A stretch of DNA of 64,000 bases from Ginglymostoma cirratum (GCA_024137785.1 JAHRHZ010000069.1:6041734-6105733), one strand, 5' to 3'. Numbered from the stretch's first letter, positions 1 through 12,599 are shown. Notes: generated by a model not told the origin, from the letters alone. Numbers and translations: made by a program.

Positions 1-116
1 TAGGCCCGAAACGTCAAGTTTTCCTGCTCCTATGATGCTGCTTGGCCTGCTGTGTTCATCCAGCCCCATGCTTGTTGTCTCGGATTCTCCGGCATCTGCA
101 GTGCCTTTTATCTCTG
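1..116 (+). mobile_element. Penelope-like element terminus (pLTR tail) with the 3' half of a hammerhead motif, cut by the window edge
   Basis: Starts TAGGCCCGAAACGTCAAG (stem II 3' strand + GAAAC + GTC). Near-identical to the reverse complement of the copy at 54980-55107. Confidence 0.75.
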
Positions 117-1689
117 ATACTAGGTTCATGAGTTGTTCATTTTTGGTTGGAGAAAATAATTATCAGGTTTCACTCGAATGAAATAGCCCTTGGGAAATTT
201 GTATTTCCAATCAATATCAGGGCATACCCTACACATCTTGGAAGTCACATTTTGTTACCTTCCAAGCGCCATTTACAACTCAGTATGTGTATAGGTTGAA
301 AAGCTTATTTAGCAGATGCCCGTTGTACAGTCTGACTATTGCTACCTCTTGACTAATACTTTCAAGAAGTCACTGATTTTATCCCCAAGCGGTCTGTCAG
401 CTCTCCAATGTGGTCCCACCTCCCTGTTTGAAGAGGTGGAGCAACCTGTATGCTGATAAGTTACCAGAATGCAAATGTTCAGCAAGATATTGTGAAAAGA
501 AGGCCCTTTAAAGACATGAAAGCTATTTTCAATTGCAGGCACGTAACGATGAGCACATGAGCATGTCGCTGAGTAGGGGGCAAGGCAGAGATCCAGTCAT
601 GGAGACATGACATTCAACATCAATGACATAAACGTAAACCACTCAGAGAGCCAATAAAGTGCTCAACAGCCACCATATCATGCACGGCTCGTACTGAGGT
701 ATCTGTGAATGCACTGGAGCAGTTGCAATGGGGAGGGAATGACCTTACACCAGCATTGCAAGAGCTCCAGATACAAATTCCACCCTGGTATCAATATCCC
801 TATGATTTTCTTTAAATTAGGAAATAGGTCAGCCTGCACAATTCATTTTGAGATGCACATTAATAGCACTTTAATCTATTTCATTGTTTGGGTCATCATT
901 TGTTTAATTCCAAATTACTATCCACCAGGCAATATTGATCATACTTGTGATAAAATTAGTAAAATAAAACTTGCCCATTAATCAGTTGTGTCAGCAAATC
1001 ATTTATGTTTCAACGGAAGAATGTATAGATTCTCTGGTTATGTGCAAGAACATCCTTTGGGAAGATTAAATAGGCATGTCTGTGCCAATGATGGATGAGT
1101 TTCCATTTGTACAGCAGGTATTTAATTAGGAGTAAGGTTAAGGAATTTGACAACAGTGAAACATTTCAGTTCAAAGTGTCTCATGAAATGCTTCTTTTAT
1201 TTGTTGTATTATTTATTACGGCTCACAAACAAAACTAATTCACGAAAACAGCCCCACTTGCTTGAAATGTTTGCAATAGTCACCTTAGGGAACCGCTTAA
1301 TTCAAGTAACTTCTCAGAATGCATTTTTAATAGGCACCTCTACTGGCATTTAAAAATATGAGTTTGTGCTTCTCTTGTCCCTGTCAAATTTTGACAAACA
1401 TATCTTTGTAGTTCTGCCTCTGAATGAAGTGTCTATCTGAAATCAACAAGGAAGCATAAATAGGTCAGATCTCTGTAGAATATCAACAATGAACCTCTAT
1501 GTAAAATTATATTAAAGACAGCGACCAACAATCAGCTTACATGAAGTGTTCATGCAGAAGATAAGGTTGCTTGAGACTTTGTGTTTTTCGAAGAAAGATG
1601 GTAAAGTTTGCAACTTGTGTAATGGAACAACTTGTAATGGAAAGCCATTTTAAGAACTTTCCGTTAGAAACAGAGGGAGGAGGAGGAAG

Positions 1690-3971
1690 ATGAAGCGATC
1701 ATAATATGGTAGAGTTCAGTCTGCGGTTTGAAAGAGAGAAGGCAAAATCAGATGTAATGGTGTTACAGTTAAATAAAGGTAATTACAGGGGCATGAGAGA
1801 GGAACTGACGAAAATCGACTGGAAGCAGAGCCTAGCGGGGGAAGACAGTAGAGCAACAATGGCAGGAGTTTCTGGGTGTAATTGAGGACATAATACAGAG
1901 GTTCATCCCAAAGAAAAGAAAGATTATCTGGGGGAGGATTAGACAGCCATGGCTGACAAAGGAAGTCAGGAAATGTATCAAAGAAAAAGAAACAGCCTAT
2001 ATAGTGGCCAAGAGCACTGGGAAATCAGAAGATTGGGAAGGGTACAAGAACAAACAGAGGATAACAAAGAGAGAAATAAGGAAGGAGAGGATCAAATATG
2101 AAGGTAGGCTGGCCAGTAATATTAGAAATGATAGTAAAAGTTTCTTTCAATGCATAAGAAACAAACGAGAGGCAAAAGTAGACATTGGGCCGCTCCAAAC
2201 TGATGCTGGAAGGCTAGTGAAGGGAGATAAGGAAATAGCTGAAGAACTTAATAAGTATTTTGCGTCAGTCTTCACAGTGGAAGACATGAGTAATATCCCA
2301 ACAATTAAGGAGAGTCAGGGGGCAGAGTTGAGTATGGTAGGCATTACAAAAGACAAAGTGCTAGAAAAGCTAAAAGGTCTAAAAATTGATAAATCTCCTG
2401 GCCCCGATGGGCTGCATCCTAGAGTCCTGAGGGAGGTGGCTGAGGAAATAGCAGAGGCGTTGGTTGTGATCTTTCAAAAGTCACTGGAGTCAGGGGAAGT
2501 CCCAAAAGATTGGAAAATTGCTGTTGTAACCCCCTTGTTTAAGAAAGGATCAAGGCAAAAGATGGAAAATTATAGGCCCATTAGCCTAACCTCGGTTGTT
2601 GGTAAAATTCTAGAACCTATCGTTAAGAATGAGATTTCTAAATTCTTGGAAGTGCAGGGTCGGATTAGAACAAGTCAGCTTGGATTCAGTAAGGGGAGGT
2701 CATGTCTGACAAACCTGTTAGAATTCTTTGAGGAAGTAACAAGTAGGTTAGACCAGGGAAACCCAGTGGATGTTATCTATCTAGACTTCCAAAAGGCCTT
2801 TGATAAGGTGCGTCACGGGAGGCTGCTGAGTAAGGTGAGGGCCCATGGTGTTCGAGGTGAGTTACTGGCATGGATTGAGGATTGGCTGTCTGACAGAAGG
2901 CAGAGAGTTGGGATAAAAGGCTCTTTTTTGGAATGGCAACCGGTGACAAGTGGTGTCCCGCAGGGTTCAGTGTTGGGGCCGCAGCTGTTCACTTTATATA
3001 TTAATGATCTGGATGAAGGGACTGGGGGCATTCTGGTGAAGTTTGCCGATGATACGAAGTTGGGTGGACAGGCAGGTAGTACGGAGGAGGCGGGGAGGCT
3101 GCAGAATGATTTAGACTGTTTAGGAGAGTGGTCCAGGAAATGGCTGCTGAAATTCAACGTGAGCAAATGTGAGGTCTTGCACCTTGGAAAAAAGAATACA
3201 AGCATGGACTATTTTCTGAACGGTGAGAAAATTCATAAAGCTGAAGTACAAAGGGATCTGGGAGTGCTAGTACAGGATTCTCTAAAGGTTAACTTGCAGG
3301 TTGAGTCTGTGATTAAGAAAGCGAATGGAATGTTGTCATTTATCTCAAGAGGGTTGGAATATAAAAGCAGTGATGTGCTTCTGAGACTTTATAAAGCTCT
3401 AGTTAGCCCCCATTTAGAATACTGTGTCCAATTTTGGGCCCCACACCTCAGGAAGGACATACTGGCACTGGAGCGCGTCCAGCGGAGATTCACATGGATG
3501 ATCCCTGGAATGGTAGACCTAACATATGATGAACGGCTGAGGATCCTGGGATTGTATTCATTAGAGTTTAGAAGGTTGAGGGGAGATCTAATAGAAACTT
3601 ACAAGATAATGCATGGCTTAGAAAGGGTGGACGCTGGGAAGTTGTTTCCGTTAGGTGAGGATACTAGGACCCGTGGGCACAGCCTTAGAATTAGAGGGGG
3701 TCAATTTAGAACAGAAATGAGGAGACATTTCTTCAGCCAGAGAGTGGTGGGCCTGTGGAATTCATTGCCACGGAGCGCAGTGGAGGCAGGGACGTTGAAT
3801 GTCTTCAAGGCAGAGATTGATAAATTCTTGATCTCACAAGGAATCAAGGGCTACGGGGAGAGTGTGGGTAAGTGGAGTTGAAATGCCCATCAGCCATGAT
3901 TAAATGGCGGAGTGGACTCGATGGGCCGAATGGCCTTACTTCCACTCCTACGTCTTATGGTCTTATGAAGC
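1690..3971 (+). mobile_element. Young 5'-truncated CR1 LINE (HER1-like)
   Basis: Begins at the end of the APE endonuclease (SDHNMVEF), with one frameshift near 1840, a long RT ORF, a CR1 3'UTR and a TCTTATGGTCTTATG tail. ATGAAGC occurs at both junctions (1690-1696 and 3965-3971). Confidence 0.95.
2004..3881 (+). CDS. CR1 LINE ORF2 reverse transcriptase (C-terminal 625 aa; endonuclease missing)
   Basis: Motifs KSPGPDG, NYRPISLTS, YLDFQKAFDKV, SGVPQGSVLGP, KFADDTKL, HLEYCVQFWAP and RLRGDLIETYK are all in one open frame. Confidence 0.93.
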   Translation: MAKSTGKSEDWEGYKNKQRITKREIRKERIKYEGRLASNIRNDSKSFFQCIRNKREAKVDIGPLQTDAGRLVKGDKEIAEELNKYFASVFTVEDMSNIPTIKESQGAELSMVGITKDKVLEKLKGLKIDKSPGPDGLHPRVLREVAEEIAEALVVIFQKSLESGEVPKDWKIAVVTPLFKKGSRQKMENYRPISLTSVVGKILEPIVKNEISKFLEVQGRIRTSQLGFSKGRSCLTNLLEFFEEVTSRLDQGNPVDVIYLDFQKAFDKVRHGRLLSKVRAHGVRGELLAWIEDWLSDRRQRVGIKGSFLEWQPVTSGVPQGSVLGPQLFTLYINDLDEGTGGILVKFADDTKLGGQAGSTEEAGRLQNDLDCLGEWSRKWLLKFNVSKCEVLHLGKKNTSMDYFLNGEKIHKAEVQRDLGVLVQDSLKVNLQVESVIKKANGMLSFISRGLEYKSSDVLLRLYKALVSPHLEYCVQFWAPHLRKDILALERVQRRFTWMIPGMVDLTYDERLRILGLYSLEFRRLRGDLIETYKIMHGLERVDAGKLFPLGEDTRTRGHSLRIRGGQFRTEMRRHFFSQRVVGLWNSLPRSAVEAGTLNVFKAEIDKFLISQGIKGYGESVGKWS

Positions 3972-4149
3972 CTTTTCAACTGCTCTGTCATTCAATTTGA
4001 TCACAGCTGATCTTCAATTGCATCTCCAATTCTGCGCCCCCACTTCCCATATCCCTTGCTTCCCTTAGATTGGAATGACAAATGTAATAACACCCTCCAA
4101 CAATGCGATGAATGAACAGTTAACAATGAGAGGAGAGTTGGCCAAGGCA

Positions 4150-4500
4150 CGAGCAGAAAGAGCTGGAAAGCTCAACTTTTTGTTCCATCCTGATTTGGGT
4201 AATATTCACAATTTTGGGTGCACATTTCAATAAGTCTTAAGGTGGGGGTAACTGTGGTTGGAGAGTTAATAACCTGAAAATACCTGACTATGCAATATGC
4301 TTTATCAGTGCCAGAGAGATAACTGCTGTTTGACAGAAGGATGGCTGTGACAAACTACAAAACAGTTTTTGAGATAATGACACACAGCCTTGAAAAATTA
4401 GCATAGATTTAATGAGATTTCCATAGCCTTTGAAGGAAAAACTCTCAAAAGAACAACAGCAGGATGCATACACTCCGAAATCTATTCTCCCATTCAGTTA
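4150..4500 (+). mobile_element. Possible highly decayed Gypsy pol fragment
   Basis: Only loose translated resemblance to the protease-integrase linker of Gypsy pol (e.g. KEQQQD); no catalytic motif. Confidence 0.2.
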
Positions 4501-5734
4501 GAAATATCCTTAAACACGACAGACCCTGTTCCGATCAGGAGGTATGTAAGATGCCACCTGAGCAGTATCAAACTTCACTCCACCATACTTTTTATCGTAG
4601 CAAATATCGAGATATCATATACAACCTTTAATCTTTGTTTGAATTTTTATACATGGTCAGAACAAAATTGGTTGTGGAGTTGTATTTGTGCTTCAGTCTG
4701 ATGTGATCAATTAATTAGATTCAAGCTGTCCTATCTGAGCCAGGAGTTTTCCTTGACGGTAGAGTTATGATGCTTTTGTCAACCTCCATAACAAAAGCTT
4801 TTTTGCCAAGGTGTTCTCACCTGACCAGTCCAGAGGCTTGTCTGTAGCTGTCCCATTTACAGTGGATGGGTGTTCAAGGAGACCCCTGAAGTGCTAAGCT
4901 TAGCACTCTTTGATAACCCTTCTGTCTGTCAGGAGGGAGTCTGTTTACCATTCAAGTTTTCGCCTTTGCCTGCACTTTTAACAAAGCCTTCTACCTACAG
5001 TTTCTGTGACATCAAGGGTGTTATTTTGTCACAGAATTATCTAAAAGCAATGACCAGACCCAGTTTCCTGATGGTTTCCCAGATGCACAGCCTAAGTATT
5101 AATCTAGAGCAGGTCTACACTTGAAAGTCTGGGAAGATGCAAGTTACCTACCTGAGTAATCTTAGCTGAAATAATTTAGAGTAAAAGAGTTTTAAAAACA
5201 CCTAAAACCCAATAGTTACCATGGAATAAACAGCTGGGAAGCAAAAAATGAATTTCTAAGTAAAACGAATTCTGCTTGACAAATGCTTAGTGTCCCTGTG
5301 TAATCACATGTCTTCATTTTGTTGACTCTTCCTCACTTTTTCCATCTAAGGTCTATCAGTTTTTATTATATCTACACAACAAAGAGATTGGCACATTTAC
5401 AACAATGGAGTGGCCTAGCCAAAACAAAGCTCCTGCTCAATCTAAAGATATATCTGCAGCTTTTATCCTGCTGTGTTCGCAGGCTTCAATCCAATGATCT
5501 ACTGTTATGAGATCCCTATAAAACTAGTGAGGCATTTCTGCATTTTATTGTTCTCACTCATGTATTTGTAAATTTTTATGACAATGTATACTGCATGACT
5601 AAAACATATATAATTTCAATGTTTTCCCAAATCTTTTCGAACTCTTTTAAACACATCCCAATTTTCTTTGTCCTGTTGTTGTTTTTGAAATTGTACATTA
5701 TTGCACATATTCCTACCTTCAATTGTCAATCTCT

Positions 5735-6165
5735 AACTTGGCGATAGTCCTGACTGAATGGTAACACTGAGTCAGAAGGTTACAGATTGAATCGAGCTCC
5801 ATGAAGCACAATCCTGGCTGACTCACACGGAGAGTGCTGTCTTTTCAGAGGTGCTCTGGATGCTAAATCCCTTAGCCCCCTTGGGTGAATTGCAAGATCC
5901 CACGACACTATTTGAACAAGAGCAGAAGGATTCCTCTGATGTACTGGCTGGTACTTATCCCTGAATCAACATCACACAAACAGGAAACCTGGCCATTTTA
6001 ATCTCAGTGCTGCTTATGGGAACTTCCTGTAGACAAGATGGTTGCTGCATATTACGCATTACAGCGGCGACAACCCTTCAACAGTGCTTCAGTGTCTGTC
6101 AATTGATATTGTACATCCTGATGTCATGGAAGTTGCTTTATAAATGCAAGTCTTGCATTTTCTTA
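5735..6165 (+). mobile_element. Ancient DeuSINE/SacSINE1-like SINE
   Basis: tRNA-like head (CTGAGTCAGAAGGTT), Deu-domain-like core (GATCCCACGACACTATTTGAACAAGAGCAG...TATCCCTGAATCAACATCAC) and a TATAAATGCAAGTCTT tail. Confidence 0.7.
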
Positions 6166-6894
6166 AAACCCCTCACACAGTTTCATTTTGTAAGGGAATT
6201 ACTATTTTGAAATACATGCAGATTATCAACTTTCCCAGCTGTTTGATAAAATCATGGAGGTAATAAAAATTCTCACTAAAAATGTAATTATTTCTTCAAT
6301 GAATGTCACTTAGTCCAGAAAAACCTTCCCTTCGTTACAATCTAAGCAATGTCATCAGACAGTAGCTGTCCCTCTCCTCACTTCAGGGACAAACTGACTA
6401 ACCGTCCCTCAGGAATACCGTGACGCCTAGGGACTGGTCACGTGGAGCAACTTGTTGACCTTTTACATTCTCTTGTCATTGCTGGAGGGAAAATGATAAT
6501 TTTCATTTGGTGTGACCGCTAAATGGTTAGTGACGAAGACACTCCCTATGTTGATGCCTGCCCTTTAGCAATTTAACGCTTCTGTCCTTCCCTTGTGAGG
6601 AAGTCCCGCCTTGTAAAGTGGACAGCCAATCAGATTGCCGGAAGCTGCTCTGTCCCAGCAACATCAGCAGGAGGGGGTCAGCCATTGTTGTGTTGAGCCA
6701 TTGAAGAGGACCTCAGATTTAGGAATAAACCCAGGCTATCGCCTGCATAGATGGAGCTTAAAGAGTATACAGATGAGTGAAACCGTGCTGTGACTTTAAC
6801 CTCAGCATTCATGTGCTAGGAGGTTGGAACCAATACAGAATATGCTGTGCCGTAGCTTTACCGTCATGTATATCTATCAATAAAGTTGTTCCAC

Positions 6895-7195
6895 AACAGG
6901 AGTCAGAATTTAAGGACACGGGGCAGGCCAAGTAGGAACTGAAATTAGAATAAGATTTCTTCTCCCAGAGAGTGGTGAGTCTGTGGAATCTTCTGACACA
7001 GAAAGCAGTCGAGGTCAAAACATTGTATGTTTTCAAGAATGAATTTGACATAGTGCTTAGGGCTAAAGAGATCAAAAGGGAGAAAGTAGGAACAGAATAT
7101 TGGGTTGGCTAATCAGCCACGGTCACATTGAAAGATAGCAGGCTCAAAAGGCCTCGTGGCCTACTCCTGCTCCTATTCTCTGTGTTTCTATGTTT
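6895..7195 (+). mobile_element. CR1 LINE 3' fragment
   Basis: TTCTTCTCCCAGAGAGTGGTGAGTCTGTGGAAT... followed by GGCCTACTCCTGCTCCTAT and a TTTCTATGTTT tail; homologous to 3700-3968. Confidence 0.85.
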
Positions 7196-7919
7196 AACAA
7201 TCAACCAGAAGTCTGCCCTGAGCTTTTACAAAAAGCCAAACAACTGGCCCGTTACAACATGGCGGTAGAAGTGGAAAAGCCAGTCGAGGAAAGATGGTGG
7301 TTTTGTAAAAGAATGTGAAGAACTATAAGGCAACATTGGATTACTACAAGACAAGGTTGAATCATGAAGCAAAAATCCTCAGAAGATTTCCTGAGTACCG
7401 TGATGTGACAGCTTACTCAAAGTTGAAGTAGGGAGTGATGAGTACCTGATGATTTGCTCAAGTCTACTGGGAACCAAAAATTCTGCAAGCGCAGGAAAAT
7501 TCTTCCATAGTACTGAAGCATGAGAATAATTTTCTACTTTTGAGTGAAAGCTCAGGAAGCTCTTCAACTCCATCCAGTGTTCCAGAGACACTATCAGGTG
7601 TACCAGGTAGCCAATGCTGAAGTTCCGTTCACCTTGAATTTTCATCCAGGTTATTTTGTGGTAACTACAGGTACCATCTCAACAGACCTGATTGCAAATC
7701 TTCCTCGTAAGCGGCAATCTTTGCTGTAGTTTTCATTTGCTCTTTGCAGTGTTTTTGCAAGCCTTTTCGAAGAAGTGTATTTATACTCCGAGGTCTTCCC
7801 AATAATTCGCTCCTCCTTTCATCCTAAACTTGAGAATACGGCGTAAACATCTCAACATAGAAAGTGCTGGATAAACTCAACAGGGCCAGAAGCAACTGTG
7901 GAGAGAGAAACAAAGTTTA

Positions 7920-8708
7920 TTTTATCCTGCTGTGGGACGTGGGAGTCGCTGGCTGGCCAATGTTTATTGCCCGTCCCTAGCTGTCCTTGAGAAGGTGCTG
8001 GTGAGCTGACTTCTTCCACCACTGCAGTGCATGTGCTGTTGTTTGACCCACAATGCCCTAAGGAAGGGAATTCCAGGATTTTGACCCAGCAACAGTGAAG
8101 AAACGATGATATATTTCCAAGTTGGAACAGTGAGTGGTTTGGAGAGGAACTTGCAGATGGTGGTGTTTCCATGTATCTGCTGCCTTTGTCCTGCTAGATG
8201 GAATTGGCTGTAGGTTTGGAAGGTGCTTTCTGAGCATCTTTGATGATTTTCTGCAGTGCATCTTGTACGTAGTACACACTGCTGCTACTGAATATCAGGG
8301 GAGTGGATGTTTTTGGACGGGGTGCCATTCAAGCAGACTGTTTTGTCCAGCATGTCGTCAAACTTCTTGAGTGCTGTTGGAGCTACCCCCATCCAGGCAA
8401 ATGGGGAGTATTCCATCAGTCTCCTGATTTGTGCCTTGTAGATGGTGGACAGGTCTTGGGGAGTCAGAAGGTGAGTTGCTGGCCACATTATTCTTAGCCT
8501 CTGACCTGTTCTAGTAGCCGTTGTGTTTACGTGGTGGGGTCAGTTGAGTACTGGTCAATGTTAACTGCCAGAATATTGATGGCTGGGGATTCAGTGATGG
8601 GAATGGCATTGAATGTCAAGGGGCAGTGGTTAGATTGTCTCCTATTGGAGATGGTCATAGCCTGGCTTTGTATGGAATGAATGTAACTTGCCAATGTCAG
8701 CCCAAGTG
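7920..8708 (-). mobile_element. L2/CR1-group LINE (second family), 3' portion
   Basis: ORF 8285-8488 HLLTPQDLSTIYKAQIRRLMEYSPFAWMG and SKSWNSLP give the RT C-terminus. The 3' tail is shared with 12070-12580, 52860-53010 and the SINE at 29800. Confidence 0.8.
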
Positions 8709-8709
8709 T

Positions 8710-10360
8710 TGTGGAAGAGGTTGCAGTGGGAGAAGTGAATACAAGAGACTAGGTTATAAGTAACTGACTGCTTCAGGCTGGAAAATGTGTTTGGGGATTT
8801 GGTCAGTGAGGTGGGAGGAAGTGAAAGGGCAAGTGTTGCACCTTCTGCAATTGCATGAAAAAGTGCCGTGGTGAATCCGAAAGGTAAAGACATATTAGGA
8901 GTGATGAAGGAATAGACCAGATGTCACAGAGGGTCCAGTCTCTGTGGAACACTGACAAAAATGGGGGAGGGGAAACTGCATTTGGTGGTGGTATCCTGCT
9001 GGAGGTCACGGAAATGGTGAGGATGGTTCATTGATGTGGAGATCGGTGCAGTAGAAAGAGAGGACAAGGGGAACATTATCATTGTTCTGGGAGGGAAGGG
9101 AAGGCTGAAATACAGGAAATGTGTTGAATATGGCTGAGGTCCCTGTCAAACATGGTGAGTGGGAATCCTCAGACGCAAAGGCAAGCTTGGCAGAATCACC
9201 CTGTTGGAAGGTGGCATCATTGAAACAGATGGAGACAGAAAAACTGGGAGAATGGAATGGAATCCTTCTAGGTTTAAGGAGGTGTCGTCAAGGCAATTGT
9301 GGGAGTCAGTGGGTTTTTATTGGATATCCCAGAAATGAAAACAATGAAGTCCAGGAAGGGAACAGTCAGAAATGGACCAGGTGAAGATGAGAGAAGGGTG
9401 AAAATTAGAAGCAAAAATGATTTTTTTTCCAATTCTGAATGAGAACAGAAAACAATGTCAATGACATCTTCAATGTATCAGAGAAAGAGTTTGAGTGGGC
9501 GCCAGAGTAAGACTGAAACGAGGAACGTTCCACATACAACATAAAAAAAACTCAGTTGTAACTGGGACCCATGTGCATAACCATGGACCATATCTTTGAC
9601 TTGGAGAAAATGAGAGGAGTTAAAGGAGAAGTTATTCAGAGTGAGGACAAATTGAGCCTGGCGAAGGACGGTGATGGTGGATAGGACCATTCAGGCATTT
9701 TTTCAAGGGAGAAGCAGAGACCTTAAGACCATTCCAGGGGTGGTGGGGGATGGGGTGTGGGGGAGGGGGAGGTAGATGTGTAGGTGAATTGCATGTCCAT
9801 AGTGGAGAAAACTGGCAATTGTGGAACCAACATAAAGTATCAGAGAATTATGAATGTAAGTGGAAGACACTGAACAAGGTGGAACAGAACAGAGTCAGGA
9901 AAGAAAGAAATGACTTTACTGGGGCAAGAACAAGCTGAAATGATAGGTTTACCAGGGCAATCCAGATTGTTGTGTTTTTGGAAGGAGGTAGAAGTGGGCT
10001 GTATGGGTTGGGGGACTATGACGTGGGAAGCTGTTGAGGAGGAGATCTCCAGAGAAGATGAGGTAGTTGACAATCCTGGAAATTACAGGCTGATGTTCAG
10101 GGGTAGGGTCATGATCCAAGGGGAGATAGGAGGAAGTGTTTGAGAGTTGGCACTGAGCCTCTGCCAGGTAGATTTTGGTATACAGACAACAACAGTAGGC
10201 ACTCTCCTCGGCAAGTTTGATAATGAAATCAGTGTTAGACTTGAAGGAATGGAGTGCAGCAGGTTCAGGGGGTGAAAGGTTAGAGTGGTTGAGCAGAGCA
10301 GAGAAGTTAAGGCAGTGAATGCCATAAGAGGTGATCAGATCATTATTTTCCTCTACCATT
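8710..10360 (-). mobile_element. Decayed Penelope-like element (RT + GIY-YIG start)
   Basis: Frameshifted fragments ALHSFKSNTDFIIKLA (KPADKG region), HFYLLPK, DCPGKPIISACSCP, LTLNNFSFNSSHFLQVK, FHRDWTLCD and NLVSCIHFSHCNL are collinear with PLE RT and GIY-YIG. Confidence 0.88.
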
Positions 10361-10514
10361 TTGAATGACCAGATCGGGGAGAATCATAAAGTCCCTGAAT
10401 CTGTAAACTTCAGACTCTGTAGGGAAATGGCAGGATTGGAAATAGATTCAATGTAAGAGAGCACTTGTAGTTTAATGATTTGGTTAACAATGTTAAGAAA
10501 GTGCTTTTACCTAG

Positions 10515-10596
10515 TAATGTTGGAAACTGAAAATGTACTTAGGGATTGGGGAGATGTAGAGACATGGTTTAAAGAATATGTAAATGAGCCTCTGAG
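10515..10596 (+). other. Candidate 82-nt internal exon of an unknown host gene
   Basis: TTTTACCTAG acceptor and GAG|GTAAGT donor; only one open frame (MLETENVLRDWGDVETWFKEYVNEPL). Confidence 0.25.
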
Positions 10597-12069
10597 GTAA
10601 GTTGTGATGCAGTTCTGATGTCATTAGTCATGTGATACCATTGGCTGTGAAGGTTTGGAATCAGTGCAGCACAGAGTATATTGGTCTGGAGCCTTACCAC
10701 CTCATCCTAGTCTTTCAATCAATGCTGTTTATACTGTCACCTAGAAGTCTGGCCTGAGCATGTGGGGAGACCCAAAGACCCCACACCTTATATTGTCAGC
10801 TGCGGATTTGGAAGACTTGCCGCAGAGGGAAAAAAAGGGTTAGTTTGACCCGTGGACATGGCTCCAATGGGCCCAGAGGCACTGTAAGGAAGGTTGGCTC
10901 CACTTGCCCGACACTAGGCCGCACAGCTAAAGCGGCCTGGCTTCCTGGTTGGCACAGGTCTACCTTCACCATAGGTAAAATACTGCCCGGTGTGGCAGAA
11001 GGACCGATAGCTGGCAGGCTACCAAACCCTCCCCTCTGACACATAACATTTCAGATAGGGCGGAAGGGACGGCAGATAGGTAGATCATCTACCGGGATTT
11101 GAGATCCTCTGTCTTTTAAACCAGCTGGCTGGGCAGTATACAATTCAGCTGGTTTTTCTGGTTAAGGTAAGATAATTACGAATAAATTGGCTTTTATCCT
11201 CGGCTTTGCACTAAGATGGCACCATATTGAAGATAAATTGTGAAATTCAATTTGGTTGACTGCTCCACAGTATTTCAATACTTGGAGACAAAAGTATGCA
11301 ACCCATCAGTGGCATCTAACAGTCTAATTTAATAGCTTTGATCCAGTCGATTATGCATGCTGCTGAGAGATGAAGGCCATTGACATTATAATTTTTCTTA
11401 GAATGTGTTGAATAATTTATTTCAGATGAATTATTTACCGCATTAGAATATCTTTAAGAAACTCAATATTCTTTATTCTATTTCATCATGCAAAATGCAA
11501 CTCCATTTGAGATAATAAGGCCAGTGAGATTATAGAACAATGTGTTTATTTGTTATCGCTGTTGATGTACTCTACCTTCCAAATCAAGAGTGGAGTTACT
11601 TCATACAAAGGTGGCTTCAGTATTATCGGAGTATATGTTAAAGAGCTGAAAACCAATTTAAAATCATTGGCTTATAATAAAGATAACAGGTAGATTGATG
11701 TTGAGTATTAAGCACTTTTGAGAAGTACAACTATTTTCATGGAATCCTATTATTTTTCATTTCATTCTTAATATTTATGCCATTCAACATTTGATGTTCA
11801 AATAAATAACATCGCCCAGCATTCCTGAGAGCTTTGTCCCTCTGATCCTTAGCGTCTTGTTAGCTCTGGTTTTGTGATTGAAGTCTCATTTATTTTTGAT
11901 GTCATCATATTTTGCACTCTATGTTTTGATGGAGTCATGAAGATCATTGAAACGGAAGCCATTTTGCCCATCAAAGTTGAGTTCGCTTTAATTCTTAAGG
12001 AATCCCAAGCGGACCCCACGGCCCTGCTCTTTCCTGCATCTCTGGATTTTCTTCTTTTCTTTCCCGGGA

Positions 12070-12580
12070 TAATTGTGTCACTGGCTGGGACAGTATTTAT
12101 TGCCCGTTCTTAAATGTCCTTCAGAAGGTGAGGTTGGGCTGACTTCTTGAACTGCTGAAGTCCAGAAATGCTGTTAGGTAGGAAGTTGCACAGTTTTAAC
12201 CCAGCAGCAACAACAGAATGTCAATGTTGTTCCAAGTCAAGATGGTGTATGACTTGGAGGTAACTTGTAGGTGGTAGTTTTCCATGTATCTGCTCCTCAA
12301 GTCCTTCTGGATGGTAAAGGCTTGGAAGATGCTGTAGAAGGAGCCTTGGTGATCTTGCAAATGGTACACACAGGTCCCCTGTGCCCTGTTAGAGTAGGGA
12401 GTGAATGTTGAATGTGGAGTGTGGTTTCAACCAAGTGATCAGCTTCGTTCTTAATGGTGTTGAGTTTCTCGAAGCAGGTGTAGAGTGTTTCATTACATTC
12501 CTGACTTGTGCCTTGTGGATGTGAAAAGGCTTTTGGAGCCAGCAAGTGAGTTACTTGCCGCTGACCTGCAGTTATCTCAT
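12070..12580 (-). mobile_element. L2/CR1-group LINE 3' fragment (same family as 7920-8708)
   Basis: GTATTTATTGCCCG...GACTTCTTGAACTGCTG...TTCCAAGTCAAGATGGTG is collinear with 7960-8480. Confidence 0.75.
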
Positions 12581-12599
12581 TGATTCATCAATGTTCATA

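Noticed and set aside
2813-3205. 130-aa minus-strand ORF
   Set aside because: It is the antisense shadow of the CR1 RT. The same applies to most ORFs overlapping LINEs (e.g. 35603-36121, 12852-13274).
2004-3881. RT as a retron, DGR, group II intron or other novel RT system
   Set aside because: It has canonical CR1 ORF2 motifs, a CR1 3'UTR and many decayed paralogs in the window; the DNA is vertebrate.
7250-7850. Possible L1/Tx1 ORF1 remnant
   Set aside because: Only vague resemblance, with no motif I can anchor.
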